Virus record (IMG/VR): IMGVR_UViG_3300049489_000458
Source: an uncultured virus (IMG/VR IMGVR_UViG_3300049489_000458)
Lineage: Duplodnaviria; Heunggongvirae; Uroviricota; Caudoviricetes
Strand: one strand, 5' to 3'
Length of the DNA stretch: 64,000 bases
This document shows, piece after piece, positions 16,435 to 27,604 of the stretch. How positions within the stretch are numbered: position 1 is the first letter of the stretch; the number at the start of each line of letters is the position of its first letter. The notes under the pieces are model-generated. The model ran no database searches and had not been told where the DNA came from. It saw only the letters and a list, made by a program, of their open reading frames with translations. Both the position numbers and the translations under genes were made by a program.

Positions 16435-18949
16435 AGGTGTTCTGAAGTGGAAACTCCACGACTTACAAAAAAAGATATATGATTCATTCTATGCGAATGA
16501 CGATTATATTACTACATTACTCATAAGTCGTCAGGCCGGAAAAAGCTGGCTGTTATGTGTACTTGCTATTGAGGCATGTCTTCGAAAACCCAATGTCATT
16601 GTTAAATATGCATGTCCTAAGCAAAAAATGGTTAAGACGATTTTAAAACCAAGGATGCGTGAGATTCTTGAAGATTGTCCTTTAGAATTAATGCCAGAAT
16701 ATAAAGAAAATGATAAGATCTATGTATTTCCTAATGGATCTGAAATTCAAATGGCAGGAACTGATAATCAAAACTACGATAGTATTCGTGGAGGAACTTC
16801 GGTTTTATGGATTGTGGATGAAGCTGGATTTTGTAGTGATCTAGATAACGTTGTATTTTCTGTTCTATCCCCGACTACTCTTACTACTAACGGAAAAGGT
16901 ATCTTAGCGTCAACTCCAGATCCCGATGCGCCAGAACATCCCTTCATTAAACAATTTGTAGAACCAGCTAAAGCTGAAGGTAGACTTTTCTTATATACAT
17001 TATATGATAATCCCCTAATCGACGAAATTCAAAAACAAAAGATTATAAATCAATATCCTGGTGGAGTAAAAAATCCCAAATTTAGGGCAGAATTTCTTTG
17101 CGAGATCGTCAGGAATTATGAAAATACCGTAATCCCAGAATTTGATGATGCAACAGAAAAGATTATCGTCACTGATCAATATGTTCGTCCTCCATTCTAT
17201 GACACATACGAATCAATGGATATTGGCGGTAAAGATTTTACGGTTGTACTATTTGCTTATTACGATTTTATTAAAAATGCAGTAGTTATTGAAGATGAGT
17301 TTGTTTTAAAAGAAAAACAGAATTCTGAGAAAATTAAAAAGGGAGTTCGTCAAGTTGAAGAACGTTTATGGGGAGAAAAACCTGTATATCTTAGATTTGC
17401 CGATAACAATAACATTATTCTATTAAACGATTTGTCTCAACATGGAATAACGTTTATACCGACAAGAAAAGACAATAAAGAAGCGGCTATTAATGACGTT
17501 CGTATTAAGATTATGAACCATCAGATTATAATACATCCTAGATGTAAAACTTTAATATACCATCTGAAATACGCGACTTGGGCTAGAAAGACAGAAAAGG
17601 CGATTTCGTCTAGTGGATATAAAGCATTTGCCAGAAGTGCAGATGGTGCACATTTTGATGCGTGTTTCGTTCCAGATAGTAAAGTGTTCACATCTTTAGG
17701 AATGAAAAATATTCAGGACATTCGGGTTGGTGATTTAGTTTTGACTCATAATAATCGTTTTAAGTCAGTTACTAATATAATGAATAAAGAATATTCTGGC
17801 GAAATAAAGAAAATGAAAGTTGCCGGAAGAAATGAGATTAAATGTACTCCAGATCATTCTTTTTATACCGCAACATCTTTTAGTGATAGGAAAAATGGAA
17901 ATACAGGGCAAAAGGCATTAACTTCTCCAACTTGGAATACGGCATCAGATTTAATTGAATACAACCATCACGTTTATATTCCAAATATTGAAGAAGGGGA
18001 TTATTCCATAACAAAAGAAATGTGTTTTCTTTATGGATATTATGTTGCAGAAGGTAGCATTGGCGGAAATGGATATCAAATTCAATTTGCTGGACATAAA
18101 AAAGAAGTTAATGTGGAAACTATTTTACAAAAAGCAATATATGATACTTATGGTAGTGGGAAAATCGGAACATCTAAACTGAGTTTAAAAAGACATAATA
18201 ATGGCGAGTTTAAACCTAGACAAACTAAATTAAGATGTTATATAAATAAAGATAGTAATGGAAGAAAACTATGTATATCAAATAAAATGCTACGAAGCGA
18301 ATTAAAATTACTCGGAAAATCGATTGATAAAAAATTTCCAGATTTTATTTATAAACTTAATAAAGAACAAGCTCTATATATGTTATCAGGTTATTTATTT
18401 GGGGATGGGCATTTTGCTAAATCAGGAGCAAAAGCTAATACTATTAGTTATAGTATAAGAAATGGGATAGATATGTTATCTCGTAAATTATCTTTAATTG
18501 GAAATCTTACTTATCAAAATAAAACGCACCATCTTCAATATTGGTGGTCATTGGATAAACAACAAAGTGACATTTTAATGAGAATGATTCAAAGTAAAGA
18601 AGATTTAGCTTATATATTTAAAGATAAGTTAATACACGATACTGATATAAAACATCAATACAATTATCCTTCTAATTTTAGAAAAATACGAGAAATTGAA
18701 ACAGAATATTATACTGGATTAGTCTATAATTTAGAAGTAGAAGAAGATAATAGTTATACCATCGAAGGGGTTGCTGTTCATAACTGCGATTCCCTTATCT
18801 ATATGATTCGTAACGTGATTTACGGAAAAAACCCCTATCCTCCTGGTTATGGGGAATTATCTTCGGTTGATCGGTACATTCGAACCTCTCCAAAAAATAC
18901 ACATAGTATCGTCGCTGATATGTTCAAACTACGAAAAACAATTAAATAA
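16364..18949 (+). CDS. terL: Terminase large subunit containing an intein
   Basis: Walker A SRQAGKS, Walker B IVDEAG, ASTP coupling motif, nuclease MDIG and HFDA|CD. Confidence 0.95.
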   Translation: MMNQRPIQKVSPEQRQARKILWHKGVLKWKLHDLQKKIYDSFYANDDYITTLLISRQAGKSWLLCVLAIEACLRKPNVIVKYACPKQKMVKTILKPRMREILEDCPLELMPEYKENDKIYVFPNGSEIQMAGTDNQNYDSIRGGTSVLWIVDEAGFCSDLDNVVFSVLSPTTLTTNGKGILASTPDPDAPEHPFIKQFVEPAKAEGRLFLYTLYDNPLIDEIQKQKIINQYPGGVKNPKFRAEFLCEIVRNYENTVIPEFDDATEKIIVTDQYVRPPFYDTYESMDIGGKDFTVVLFAYYDFIKNAVVIEDEFVLKEKQNSEKIKKGVRQVEERLWGEKPVYLRFADNNNIILLNDLSQHGITFIPTRKDNKEAAINDVRIKIMNHQIIIHPRCKTLIYHLKYATWARKTEKAISSSGYKAFARSADGAHFDACFVPDSKVFTSLGMKNIQDIRVGDLVLTHNNRFKSVTNIMNKEYSGEIKKMKVAGRNEIKCTPDHSFYTATSFSDRKNGNTGQKALTSPTWNTASDLIEYNHHVYIPNIEEGDYSITKEMCFLYGYYVAEGSIGGNGYQIQFAGHKKEVNVETILQKAIYDTYGSGKIGTSKLSLKRHNNGEFKPRQTKLRCYINKDSNGRKLCISNKMLRSELKLLGKSIDKKFPDFIYKLNKEQALYMLSGYLFGDGHFAKSGAKANTISYSIRNGIDMLSRKLSLIGNLTYQNKTHHLQYWWSLDKQQSDILMRMIQSKEDLAYIFKDKLIHDTDIKHQYNYPSNFRKIREIETEYYTGLVYNLEVEEDNSYTIEGVAVHNCDSLIYMIRNVIYGKNPYPPGYGELSSVDRYIRTSPKNTHSIVADMFKLRKTIK
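17663..18784 (+). mobile_element. Intein (374 aa) with LAGLIDADG homing endonuclease
   Basis: Starts CFVPDSKV; block B CTPDHSF; LYGYYVAEG and LSGYLFGDG helices; ends VYNLEV...VHN|C. Confidence 0.93.
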
Positions 18950-18967
18950 CAACACTTTAAGGTCTCC

Positions 18968-18980
18968 GTTAACAAATATA
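18968..18980 (+). promoter_or_regulatory. Putative late promoter GTTAACAAATATA (2 of 6)
   Basis: Intergenic, upstream of the portal gene. Confidence 0.7.
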
Positions 18981-19012
18981 TTTGATACATAGGCACATTA
19001 AAGGACTACTAA

Positions 19013-21121
19013 ATGGTAAAAAATACTGAGAAATACTTTGCAGCTAAGTCCGGTGAGGATACCGCAAAAATTGTCTTGCAGAAGGCTAATGCATGGTTTC
19101 ATAATCTCGATAATAATGGGCATCTTGATAAACTGAGAAATGCATGGATGTCGTATCATGGTGCATATTACACTGATACCGGATCGGGGCATCGAATTAC
19201 GTTCTCTGGAGAACAAGGAGAATTGGTTAATCTACCTGTTAATAACTATAGAAACATATGCAGACATATGCTGACTATGGTTACTGCTAATCGTCCATCT
19301 ATGGACGCTAGAGCAACAAATACAGACTATCAGTCCCTCGTTCAGACGAAACTAGCAAATGGACTTCTCGATTACTATATGCGGGAAAAGCGTCTTGAAG
19401 ATTATCTCAGTAGAGCAGTTGAACATGCTATTGTATTTGGTTCAGGATATGTAAAAATGGAGTGGAATGCCACTTCTGGTGAAATCCACGATTATATTGA
19501 GCCTGAATATGAAATGCAAAAATCTATTAATGCTGAAACTGGAGTTGAAGAAGAGAGTCACCTTCTAGATAGTAAAGGCTCCCCTGTTGAATCGGCCAAG
19601 GGCTTTCCTATTTATGAAGGTGATGTAATGTTTAGTACAGTTTCACCTTTCGATGTTGTATTTGATAGTACCAAAGAAGATCCCTCTAAACACGAATGGG
19701 TTCTTGTTCGAACATTTAAAAATAAATTCGATTTAGCTGCCAAATACCCGGAATATGAAGCCGATATTATTAAACAAGAAAGTAAAAGTGAAAAAGAACG
19801 TTATAGTTTCAATGGTTCCTTTTACGATCAAACTGACGATATTGCTATTTACGAATTCTATCATAAGAAAACAGAATCAATGCCCGATGGTAGATATCTT
19901 TTATTTGTCGAATCTAACGTCATTTTAATGGACGCACCAATGCCTTATCGAAAACTTCCAATTTATCGGATTTCGCCTGGGGATATTTTGGGTACACCAT
20001 ATGGATATACTGACACATTCGATTTATTACCAATTCAAGAAGCTCTTAATAGTCTATACAGTGCGGTTTTGACCAATCAAAGCACCTTCGCGGTTCAAAA
20101 TATTCTATCTCCTCGTGGAACAGACATTAATCCGTCTTCTATATACGGGGGGTTGAATTTTATTGAATATAATGCTCAAATTGGCAAACCCGAAGCCCTT
20201 AATCTAACATCAACACCTCCTGAAGTTTTTAATTTTATTGGAATCCTTGAAAAAAACATGGAAACGATTTCTGGAGTTAACTCGGTTTCCCGTGGTAATC
20301 CTGAATCGTCACTACAATCCGGTAACGCATTAGCCCTAGTTCAAAGTATGTCTCTTCAGTTTATATCAGGACTACAGCAGTCTTATGTTAAGCTCATCGA
20401 AGATGTTGGGACTGGTCTAATTCAAATGCTTCAAGATTTTGCTTCTGTTCCTCGTATTACTACTATTGTCGGTAAGACCAATCGAACATACATGAAGGAA
20501 TTTACCGGGCAAGATCTGAACCAGATTAATAGGGTGATTGTCGATGTCGGGAATCCGCTTTCCAAAACTGCGGCTGGCCGTGTTCAGATGGCAGAACAAA
20601 TGCTTCAAATGAATTTAATTAAGACACCAGAACAATATATGATGGTTGTTAAGACTGGGAATCTTGAGACAATGACTGACGGAATTGATAGGCAGTTATT
20701 GTTAATTAAGGCAGAAAATGAAAAGATGGTTAGTGGAGAAGTAGTTCAAGCTATTGATATCGAACCCCATTCTCTTCATATTAAAGAACATAGAGACGTT
20801 CTCTCAGATCCAGATTTAAAACAGGACGCTAATCTTGTTCAAATCGTATTAGCTCATATTCAGGAACATATTAATGCACTTCGAAATGCAAATCCTGATC
20901 TTCTTATGCATATTGGCGAACAACCACTTGGTCCAGTCGGGGGAAGTCCAGCCGTGCCTCCAGGACAGGGAGACCAGATTAGTCAAAGTGATATAGGCCA
21001 AGCTCCTGAAGTAATGCAACAACAACCTATTGCTCCAGATATTTCACTTCCAAACCCAGCTTCACCTCCTGCTCCATTTGCCGATCTACCAACCGATCCT
21101 GCTGAGATGATCCCTCAATGA
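19013..21121 (+). CDS. Portal protein
   Basis: 702 aa after TerL; 'HAIVFGSGYVKMEW', 'VSPFDVVFD', 'METISGVNSVSRG' are P22-like portal features. Confidence 0.88.
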   Translation: MVKNTEKYFAAKSGEDTAKIVLQKANAWFHNLDNNGHLDKLRNAWMSYHGAYYTDTGSGHRITFSGEQGELVNLPVNNYRNICRHMLTMVTANRPSMDARATNTDYQSLVQTKLANGLLDYYMREKRLEDYLSRAVEHAIVFGSGYVKMEWNATSGEIHDYIEPEYEMQKSINAETGVEEESHLLDSKGSPVESAKGFPIYEGDVMFSTVSPFDVVFDSTKEDPSKHEWVLVRTFKNKFDLAAKYPEYEADIIKQESKSEKERYSFNGSFYDQTDDIAIYEFYHKKTESMPDGRYLLFVESNVILMDAPMPYRKLPIYRISPGDILGTPYGYTDTFDLLPIQEALNSLYSAVLTNQSTFAVQNILSPRGTDINPSSIYGGLNFIEYNAQIGKPEALNLTSTPPEVFNFIGILEKNMETISGVNSVSRGNPESSLQSGNALALVQSMSLQFISGLQQSYVKLIEDVGTGLIQMLQDFASVPRITTIVGKTNRTYMKEFTGQDLNQINRVIVDVGNPLSKTAAGRVQMAEQMLQMNLIKTPEQYMMVVKTGNLETMTDGIDRQLLLIKAENEKMVSGEVVQAIDIEPHSLHIKEHRDVLSDPDLKQDANLVQIVLAHIQEHINALRNANPDLLMHIGEQPLGPVGGSPAVPPGQGDQISQSDIGQAPEVMQQQPIAPDISLPNPASPPAPFADLPTDPAEMIPQ

Positions 21122-21588
21122 GTGATAAAAAACAAAAAAGATCTTCATTCTTAAAGACGATTAAGCAGATAGAGTCTGGTAATGGGGAAAACTATAATCA
21201 TAATTTAATCCAAAAAGGAATTCACGAAGGACATAAAGCAATTGGCGGTTATGGATTGATGCCAAATACAGTTAGTGAGATTTTAAATCGTAAAAGACTT
21301 AATCATACATTAACGCCCGAACTTGATCGATTAAATGAATTAGATCCTGTTACTTTAAAATCGGTATTAGAAGAAAACCCAAATCTTGAAGAACAGATTG
21401 CTGAAGGGTTAGCTGATCATGTATTAGATCGTCAAGGTGGAGATGAAGAAAAAGCTGCATATTCTTGGTTGAATGGTCACAATTTAACACCAAAAGCTAT
21501 TGCCACAAAACCATATAAAAATAGTGACTATGTTAAAAAGTATAATACTTATAAAAAGATGATTAAAGGAGATAGTAATGGCGAATAA
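21118..21588 (+). CDS. Lytic transglycosylase/lysozyme-like protein
   Basis: IKQIES catalytic Glu, AIGGYGLMP and AAYSWLNG motifs. Confidence 0.7.
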   Translation: MSDKKQKRSSFLKTIKQIESGNGENYNHNLIQKGIHEGHKAIGGYGLMPNTVSEILNRKRLNHTLTPELDRLNELDPVTLKSVLEENPNLEEQIAEGLADHVLDRQGGDEEKAAYSWLNGHNLTPKAIATKPYKNSDYVKKYNTYKKMIKGDSNGE

Positions 21589-21805
21589 TAAGATGAATAG
21601 GCTTGCAAAAATGGTGCAAGGTAATTATGATAGCGACGAGGATCTAGATGCTAAGACCCAGGAGGAAATTCAAAAAGTTGGAGATAATTCTTTTGAAGCA
21701 GAGAAGCTTCGTAATAAAGGTTGGGATAATGCCGGGGCTTATCCAAAATTAAAGCGTATGGTTAAAGGCGCTTGGGAACAAGACATTCGAGAAAAGAAGA
21801 AATAA
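21578..21805 (+). CDS. Small hypothetical virion-region protein
   Basis: Coupled ORF carrying two RLAKMVQG/KLKRMVKG motifs. Confidence 0.7.
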   Translation: MANNKMNRLAKMVQGNYDSDEDLDAKTQEEIQKVGDNSFEAEKLRNKGWDNAGAYPKLKRMVKGAWEQDIREKKK

Positions 21806-21811
21806 GAATAG

Positions 21812-22765
21812 ATGGCCAATAACCTTAAAGGCTTAGATGCCAATCAGGTATTAAGAAGCGTTTATGACGTAACAAAAAATACGTTAAGGGTTTCTATTGT
21901 CGATGGTTCCTCGGGTGGTGGTTCTTTTGAAGTTGTAATTAACCATACGGATGATTCTATTCGTCTTGGTAATGGTACAGATTTTTTAACGTCTACATAT
22001 ATTGGTCCTAAAATTGGACTTGATGTAAATGTTATAAATGCGATAGCTCCTTTACCCACCGGAGCAGCTACTGAAGCTAAACAGGATGTTGGGAATGCTT
22101 CATTAGCTTCAATTGATAGTAAAATACCAACAGGATTAACGGTGTCGGCCACTCGTTTAGTGGTAGATGGTTCACAAGTTACTCAGCCTATTTCTGCAAG
22201 TTCACTTCCTTTACCCACCGGAGCAGCTACTGAAGCTAAACAAGACATAGGTAATACATCTTTAGTCTCAATTGATAGTAATTTAATCAAATCAGATACG
22301 GATAATGTTACTATTATATCCAGTGTTCTTCCAACTGGAGCTGCTACCGAAGCTAAACAAGATACAGGTAACTTATCTTTAACTTCAATTGATTCAAAAT
22401 TAAATACACTTGGTCAAAAAGCAATGGCAGGATCTGTTCCTGTTACTTTTGCGTCCGATCAGACGCCTATTCCAATAATACTAGAGGATGAACCAATAAA
22501 GATATCTGGAACAGAAAATGGTCAAGCTGGTGGGACAGAATTTACTTTTGTCAATAACGTACGTCAGCAAATTCTTTCGGCTAAAGATAGAGAACAGACT
22601 TTTACTTGGGTAGATTTTGGTACAAAAAATCAAAGAGTTACACAAATGGTATATACTGCTCCTAGTATTGGAGTTGGGGCAGGATTTACTGCAGTTAAAG
22701 ATTTAAGTTACACACTTACAAGTGGTAGTTATCGTTTAGATGATATTATTTGGTCAATAGTTTAA
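21812..22765 (+). CDS. Structural protein with three LPTGAATEAKQD repeats (head or tail fibre-like)
   Basis: Internal repeats near 22049, 22208 and 22328. Confidence 0.7.
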   Translation: MANNLKGLDANQVLRSVYDVTKNTLRVSIVDGSSGGGSFEVVINHTDDSIRLGNGTDFLTSTYIGPKIGLDVNVINAIAPLPTGAATEAKQDVGNASLASIDSKIPTGLTVSATRLVVDGSQVTQPISASSLPLPTGAATEAKQDIGNTSLVSIDSNLIKSDTDNVTIISSVLPTGAATEAKQDTGNLSLTSIDSKLNTLGQKAMAGSVPVTFASDQTPIPIILEDEPIKISGTENGQAGGTEFTFVNNVRQQILSAKDREQTFTWVDFGTKNQRVTQMVYTAPSIGVGAGFTAVKDLSYTLTSGSYRLDDIIWSIV

Positions 22766-22775
22766 GGAGAATGAT

Positions 22776-24869
22776 ATGAAATATATCAAGGCAGATCTGT
22801 TAGATGATGTGGTCAGCGTTTATGACCAAACAAAAACCACTATTCAAGGTCGAGTAGCGTCAAAGGTTATCAATACTGTACCCGTTTTAGGTCCACCTTT
22901 GTCCAAATTTATTGACGTATTTACCGACACCGCTCAAACTCCGGCTGGAATATATTGCACAGACAACGGCAGATTATTTGTTTTAGCAACTCCAGTTAAT
23001 GGAACAAGTTACGATACATTGCCCGTACTTTTGTACGATTTCAATACCACGACCGGCGCTCATGCGTATGTTGGCCGCATTAACGTTTCATTACCGAACT
23101 TGGTAGCCGCCGTACACACGATAAGATCATTTAAAGTTATTGACACTGGCACAACAGGCTGGAAGCTGTTTATTACAACCACAGCGACTGGATCTATAAT
23201 CAACGGTGGAACATTTTTAGCTAATAATATCGATAAGGCAGATTTCATTCCAATAGGTTCTCCAACTATCGCAATGGCAACATCTAGCGGCGCAAAAGCC
23301 GTTTATTTCTTGCAAGATTCGGCAAATCTTGGAGTCAGCCATTCCAACTCTAACACGGCTTCGGCTGGATCAGTTTTAGATATAGCCGGAAGCCGAATTT
23401 ATGTTCATAACGGAACAGCGGCAACTCATCAATATTTTGTTTTTGACACGGCAACCTCTCCAACATGGTCCTCTGCTTCAGTTTCCGTCTCCGTTGCATC
23501 TCCTGGAGTTGTGACCGACGCTGGTCACTCATACTTAGCTAACGATATTGTAATATTTTCTGCTGGTACATTACCCACAGGATTAACTGTAGGTCTTCCT
23601 TATTTCGTTAGAAACCCTGTAGCCGGAACGAGCTACGAACTGTCTTTAACATCTGGAGGAGCTTCTATCAACACGACAGGCTCTCCTTCAACCGGGGCAG
23701 TTCTTGGCAGAGCGTGGGGGACCACTGGATCTAATTGGGTACATAAAACTGGAAACTTGCCAGCATTAACAGGCACACTTCTTTTGAATGACAGCGAAGA
23801 TTATGCGACACCAGTATCGTCTCCTGTCAATGGCGGTGTTTTAAACGGCACCACTTGTGCGGCTTTGGCAACAACGTCGAACTTATATTTAGGTAAACTC
23901 TCTGAATTAACGTCCGGTGCCACAACTTGGCCGTCTTTGAGCACCGCTCCTATTACTGAAACCCCAAGCGGAATCACGGCCCCTGCTGCTACCTACTTTG
24001 CTTGGTCAAATCTTTTAGACGCAGGTACATATTCGACAAATACTTCCAAGTTTATATCTAAGCAACTTCATTTAACTGCTATTAGGCATAAAACCGGCGC
24101 TCTTAGTAATGAATACTATGAAGGGTTTGTTTTGGACACAGCAGGGCTAGGGCTAGTAACTGTGGTTGGTATGGATCACGCCGGTGGGTGGCTACTGGTG
24201 GCCGGTGGAACGACTGGCCAACGCGGAGTTATAGCAGTTGATTATAGTTCGGACCAATTTTATGACAGCTCATTCATTGTTACGAAAGTATTAGATAACC
24301 CAAATTCACAATTAAAGTTCTACACAAGCCTAGAACAACTTTGGGATTACACCGGAAACATGAAACTGCAATACCGAACGTCAGGGTTCGGCTCGATTTC
24401 TGGCGGCTGGATAGATGTTCCTGTGGCAGAAGACTTAACCGGATTAGTGATCACAAGTAATGAAATACAATTTAAGCTCTTGTTTGGAATTCTGGAAGAG
24501 GGAGCAGAAACTCCGGCACAACTGAGCGAGCTTATTGCAGGAGTTGACCCGAATAATGGAATTTCGGATAATTGGGAATTTTCAGATGATTTCTCAGATA
24601 ACAACGTTCCATCAAGAAGCTGTTTTAGGCTCAAGATGGATTACGACTCTGTAGTTCCTACGCTGTATTTTAGAGCATATGATTTATCCGACGCCTTGCT
24701 TATTAACCATAATACGGTTACTAACGCTGCGAACTTTGAATACTCTACAACTAATGGAGTAAGCTGGCTTCCACTTGGAACTATTCCAAATACGGTTGGA
24801 ACGCTTGTGAGATATACGTTCACTTCACCTCCCGGCGTGGACATTAGACCAGGGCTTAAAAATGACTAA
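22776..24869 (+). CDS. Large beta-rich structural protein (spike or receptor-binding-like)
   Basis: S/T/G-rich; 'HSYLANDIVIFS..LPTGL...YFV' module common in tail proteins. Confidence 0.65.
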   Translation: MKYIKADLLDDVVSVYDQTKTTIQGRVASKVINTVPVLGPPLSKFIDVFTDTAQTPAGIYCTDNGRLFVLATPVNGTSYDTLPVLLYDFNTTTGAHAYVGRINVSLPNLVAAVHTIRSFKVIDTGTTGWKLFITTTATGSIINGGTFLANNIDKADFIPIGSPTIAMATSSGAKAVYFLQDSANLGVSHSNSNTASAGSVLDIAGSRIYVHNGTAATHQYFVFDTATSPTWSSASVSVSVASPGVVTDAGHSYLANDIVIFSAGTLPTGLTVGLPYFVRNPVAGTSYELSLTSGGASINTTGSPSTGAVLGRAWGTTGSNWVHKTGNLPALTGTLLLNDSEDYATPVSSPVNGGVLNGTTCAALATTSNLYLGKLSELTSGATTWPSLSTAPITETPSGITAPAATYFAWSNLLDAGTYSTNTSKFISKQLHLTAIRHKTGALSNEYYEGFVLDTAGLGLVTVVGMDHAGGWLLVAGGTTGQRGVIAVDYSSDQFYDSSFIVTKVLDNPNSQLKFYTSLEQLWDYTGNMKLQYRTSGFGSISGGWIDVPVAEDLTGLVITSNEIQFKLLFGILEEGAETPAQLSELIAGVDPNNGISDNWEFSDDFSDNNVPSRSCFRLKMDYDSVVPTLYFRAYDLSDALLINHNTVTNAANFEYSTTNGVSWLPLGTIPNTVGTLVRYTFTSPPGVDIRPGLKND

Positions 24870-25713
24870 AAAGCCTCGGTCATTTTGGACAAAGTCTCGG
24901 TGTGAAACTGAGGCACGAAAATATAAGACTAAACTAGAATGGATTAAAAAAGCGGGAGGATCATATAAGTCTGCTTTACGTAACGGATGGATTAACGGCT
25001 GTTCTCTCCATATGGAAAAAGGAATTCTCGGGCTTCCTCGCAGGTATACCAAAGATCAATGCTTCGAGATTGCAAAAACTTTTAAATCAAGAGAAGAGTG
25101 GAAAAAAGGACACCCCGCCTCGTATAAGTGTGCCAGGTTAGCGGGGTGGTATAGCGAATGCGTAGAGAGTTTGCCTAAACTAACAGGCAAAAGCAATACG
25201 ATATCCAAATGTCAGGCTCTGGCCCGACAATATAAAACCATCGGCGATTGGAGGAAGTTTTCTCCAAGCTCTTACACTTACGCCAGCCGCAAAAGATGGA
25301 TCAGCGAATGCTGTGAACATATGGTACACAGTACGCGAGAACATTCAATCGAAAAGGATATATTGAGAATGGTTAAGGCCCAGATCCCATCGGCAAAAAC
25401 CGCGAGATTTAAAGTTGAGGAGGTTCAATATCTAGCAAAAACGTTCGAACTAGATATATATATACCGACTTTAAACAAAGGCATTGAATTTGACGGGAAA
25501 TATTGGCATTCTCAGACTGCTCTCGAAAAACGTTTTCCTAAATGGACGAAAAAAGAGGTGTCTCAATATCACGAAATCAAAGATTCGTTTTTTGCAAGTA
25601 TCGGCATTTCCGTTCTGCATATCAAAGAAGAAGATTGGCTATCCAACAGATCTGCGCAAATATCTAAAATGTTTAATTTTATAGGAGAGCGTAATGCCAA
25701 ACATATTAGTTAG
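24862..25713 (+). CDS. Putative free-standing homing endonuclease (PD-(D/E)xK/Vsr-like) with N-terminal repeats
   Basis: Three 'C..A..YKT..EW.K...SY..A...GW..C' repeats; 'ELDIYIP...GIEFDGKYWH...KD' nuclease domain; overlaps both neighbours. Confidence 0.8.
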   Translation: MTKKPRSFWTKSRCETEARKYKTKLEWIKKAGGSYKSALRNGWINGCSLHMEKGILGLPRRYTKDQCFEIAKTFKSREEWKKGHPASYKCARLAGWYSECVESLPKLTGKSNTISKCQALARQYKTIGDWRKFSPSSYTYASRKRWISECCEHMVHSTREHSIEKDILRMVKAQIPSAKTARFKVEEVQYLAKTFELDIYIPTLNKGIEFDGKYWHSQTALEKRFPKWTKKEVSQYHEIKDSFFASIGISVLHIKEEDWLSNRSAQISKMFNFIGERNAKHIS

Positions 25714-27046
25714 CGACAACTTTTATCAAGGAACTAGCTCGGCTTGTATCGTTGACCTAACTCCCCCTACGTTTGCTGGAATAACCTTCCTGGACGTAGA
25801 ATCGAGAGGCCAAATACGAGCTGGCTGGTCAGCAGCGACGGACGCTACCGCTCCTATCCGGTATGAGATCTACATTAAAGCAAGTACATCAACAGGCTTA
25901 TTTAGCACGACCAACATCATCGCCGTTACGCCAAATCTCCAGTATGACATCTTCACGTTACCTGACGGATCTTTCTTAGTTAACGGTACAACTTATTATG
26001 TCGGCGTTAGAGCCATTGATGGAGTAAATAACAGAGATAGCAATGTTGTGTCGATGGACGTTATTTCAACTGGCGTACTAACTGCGATTGACGTATACCA
26101 ATGTCGAGCAACATGGTCAACCGACACTTTTAACAACTTTGTTATTACAATGTGGGCAGACAAGAATCAAAGCCTGGCAAACAGCTCGAATTCTGTTATG
26201 GGAGCAGCTAGTTTCCAGGTTTACGATAAATCCGGCGCTGCCATTGTTGGAATGTCGGGAACCGTACCGTCTCCGACCGTTGAAGGTCTATACGCAGCTT
26301 CACCTGTGGCTAACTTAACCTCAGAAAACCATAACCATTTTGAGATTGAAGTTACGATTACCGTTGATGGCGAAGCTAGATCTAATTTTATTCCGGTTGG
26401 AGAAAAACCAGAGACATATACGATTGATGGAACTGCTGACGTAGATGATGGAAACAATCTAGTCGGATCTTTTTGGATTACACAAAACGAAAAGGTGGTT
26501 ACAACCGGCCTTGGATTAGGAGCTTGGCAAGCTTTTGACACTAGCGGAAACTTAATCCCTGGACTAGCCGAAACAGGTATTACCCCAAATGGAGATGGAT
26601 TCTTTTCTGTCACACCGTTCCCCTTGCCTCCCGGCGTCGATACTACTCATATATATATTATTCGGATTACGACTACTGTTAACGGAGAGGTTAGGTCTAA
26701 CTATGTCAAGATGTATGAAGAACCTGCGGTATACAACGCCAAAGCCACGTTTAGTATCAATGCTGCCAATATGCTCCAAGCGACTTTGTGGGGATGTAAA
26801 AACAATTTGATGGCAGATACTGCTTTACTCGGCACAGCTAGTTATGCTGTTTATGACAAAAACGGTACAGCCGTTGCTGGATTGTCAGAAACCGGAATTA
26901 CCCCTGACGTAAACGGCTTGTTCCACACGACGCCAGTTGCTGCGACGCTTCTCACAGACCTGACACATTACAACGTTGTCCTTATGGTTAGTATAGCGGG
27001 GGCAGACCGGACGACAGTTAAAGGATTTACTCTGTTAGGAAACTAA
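25694..27046 (+). CDS. Structural protein with an FN3-like N-terminus and internal repeats
   Basis: 'W..ATD...YEIY...TTYYVGVRAIDG' and repeated 'YDK.G....GL.ETGITP...G.F'. Confidence 0.65.
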   Translation: MPNILVSDNFYQGTSSACIVDLTPPTFAGITFLDVESRGQIRAGWSAATDATAPIRYEIYIKASTSTGLFSTTNIIAVTPNLQYDIFTLPDGSFLVNGTTYYVGVRAIDGVNNRDSNVVSMDVISTGVLTAIDVYQCRATWSTDTFNNFVITMWADKNQSLANSSNSVMGAASFQVYDKSGAAIVGMSGTVPSPTVEGLYAASPVANLTSENHNHFEIEVTITVDGEARSNFIPVGEKPETYTIDGTADVDDGNNLVGSFWITQNEKVVTTGLGLGAWQAFDTSGNLIPGLAETGITPNGDGFFSVTPFPLPPGVDTTHIYIIRITTTVNGEVRSNYVKMYEEPAVYNAKATFSINAANMLQATLWGCKNNLMADTALLGTASYAVYDKNGTAVAGLSETGITPDVNGLFHTTPVAATLLTDLTHYNVVLMVSIAGADRTTVKGFTLLGN

Positions 27047-27049
27047 ACA

Positions 27050-27604
27050 ATGGCTATTCCTCGAAAAATAGTTGCCCAATGTAACGATGATGAGAACCAG
27101 TGGTTAAAAGTAGACCACGCTTCTCGTTATTTGGTCAACGATGACGATGATTGGCAATTCCTGTTTGGTCCAAATTCATCCTTAAACAATAGCACCCAAG
27201 TTCTTAAGCTTGCCGCACAGTTAGACACAAGCACTTTAGATAAAATCAGGCTGGTAGGATATTTATATAACCCGACTAACGGCACAATCGATAACGCAGC
27301 TTCTGTTTTATTCAAAATTTACAAAGTTACTGATGTGACCAGCCCTAAATGGGACGACCAATACATTACGTCAGTCTCAGGAGCCTTTCAGTCAAACAAC
27401 TATTGGTTTGCTGACATCCTAGTGTCGGCTTTGACAGGCACCAGCCTAGACGGTGATACCACCTTAATGATCGAAGGAATCTCAGTCAGGTCTGGAGTTA
27501 CATTTAGAGATCGAGTTTATGTGAACCATCTCGGAGTTTACGAAAGTATTATACGACTTCGGAATGATGTGGTTTTCCTTAATCTTACAAAGCAGGATGA
27601 ATAA
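27050..27604 (+). CDS. Hypothetical structural protein
   Basis: Coupled ORF in the late operon. Confidence 0.6.
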   Translation: MAIPRKIVAQCNDDENQWLKVDHASRYLVNDDDDWQFLFGPNSSLNNSTQVLKLAAQLDTSTLDKIRLVGYLYNPTNGTIDNAASVLFKIYKVTDVTSPKWDDQYITSVSGAFQSNNYWFADILVSALTGTSLDGDTTLMIEGISVRSGVTFRDRVYVNHLGVYESIIRLRNDVVFLNLTKQDE

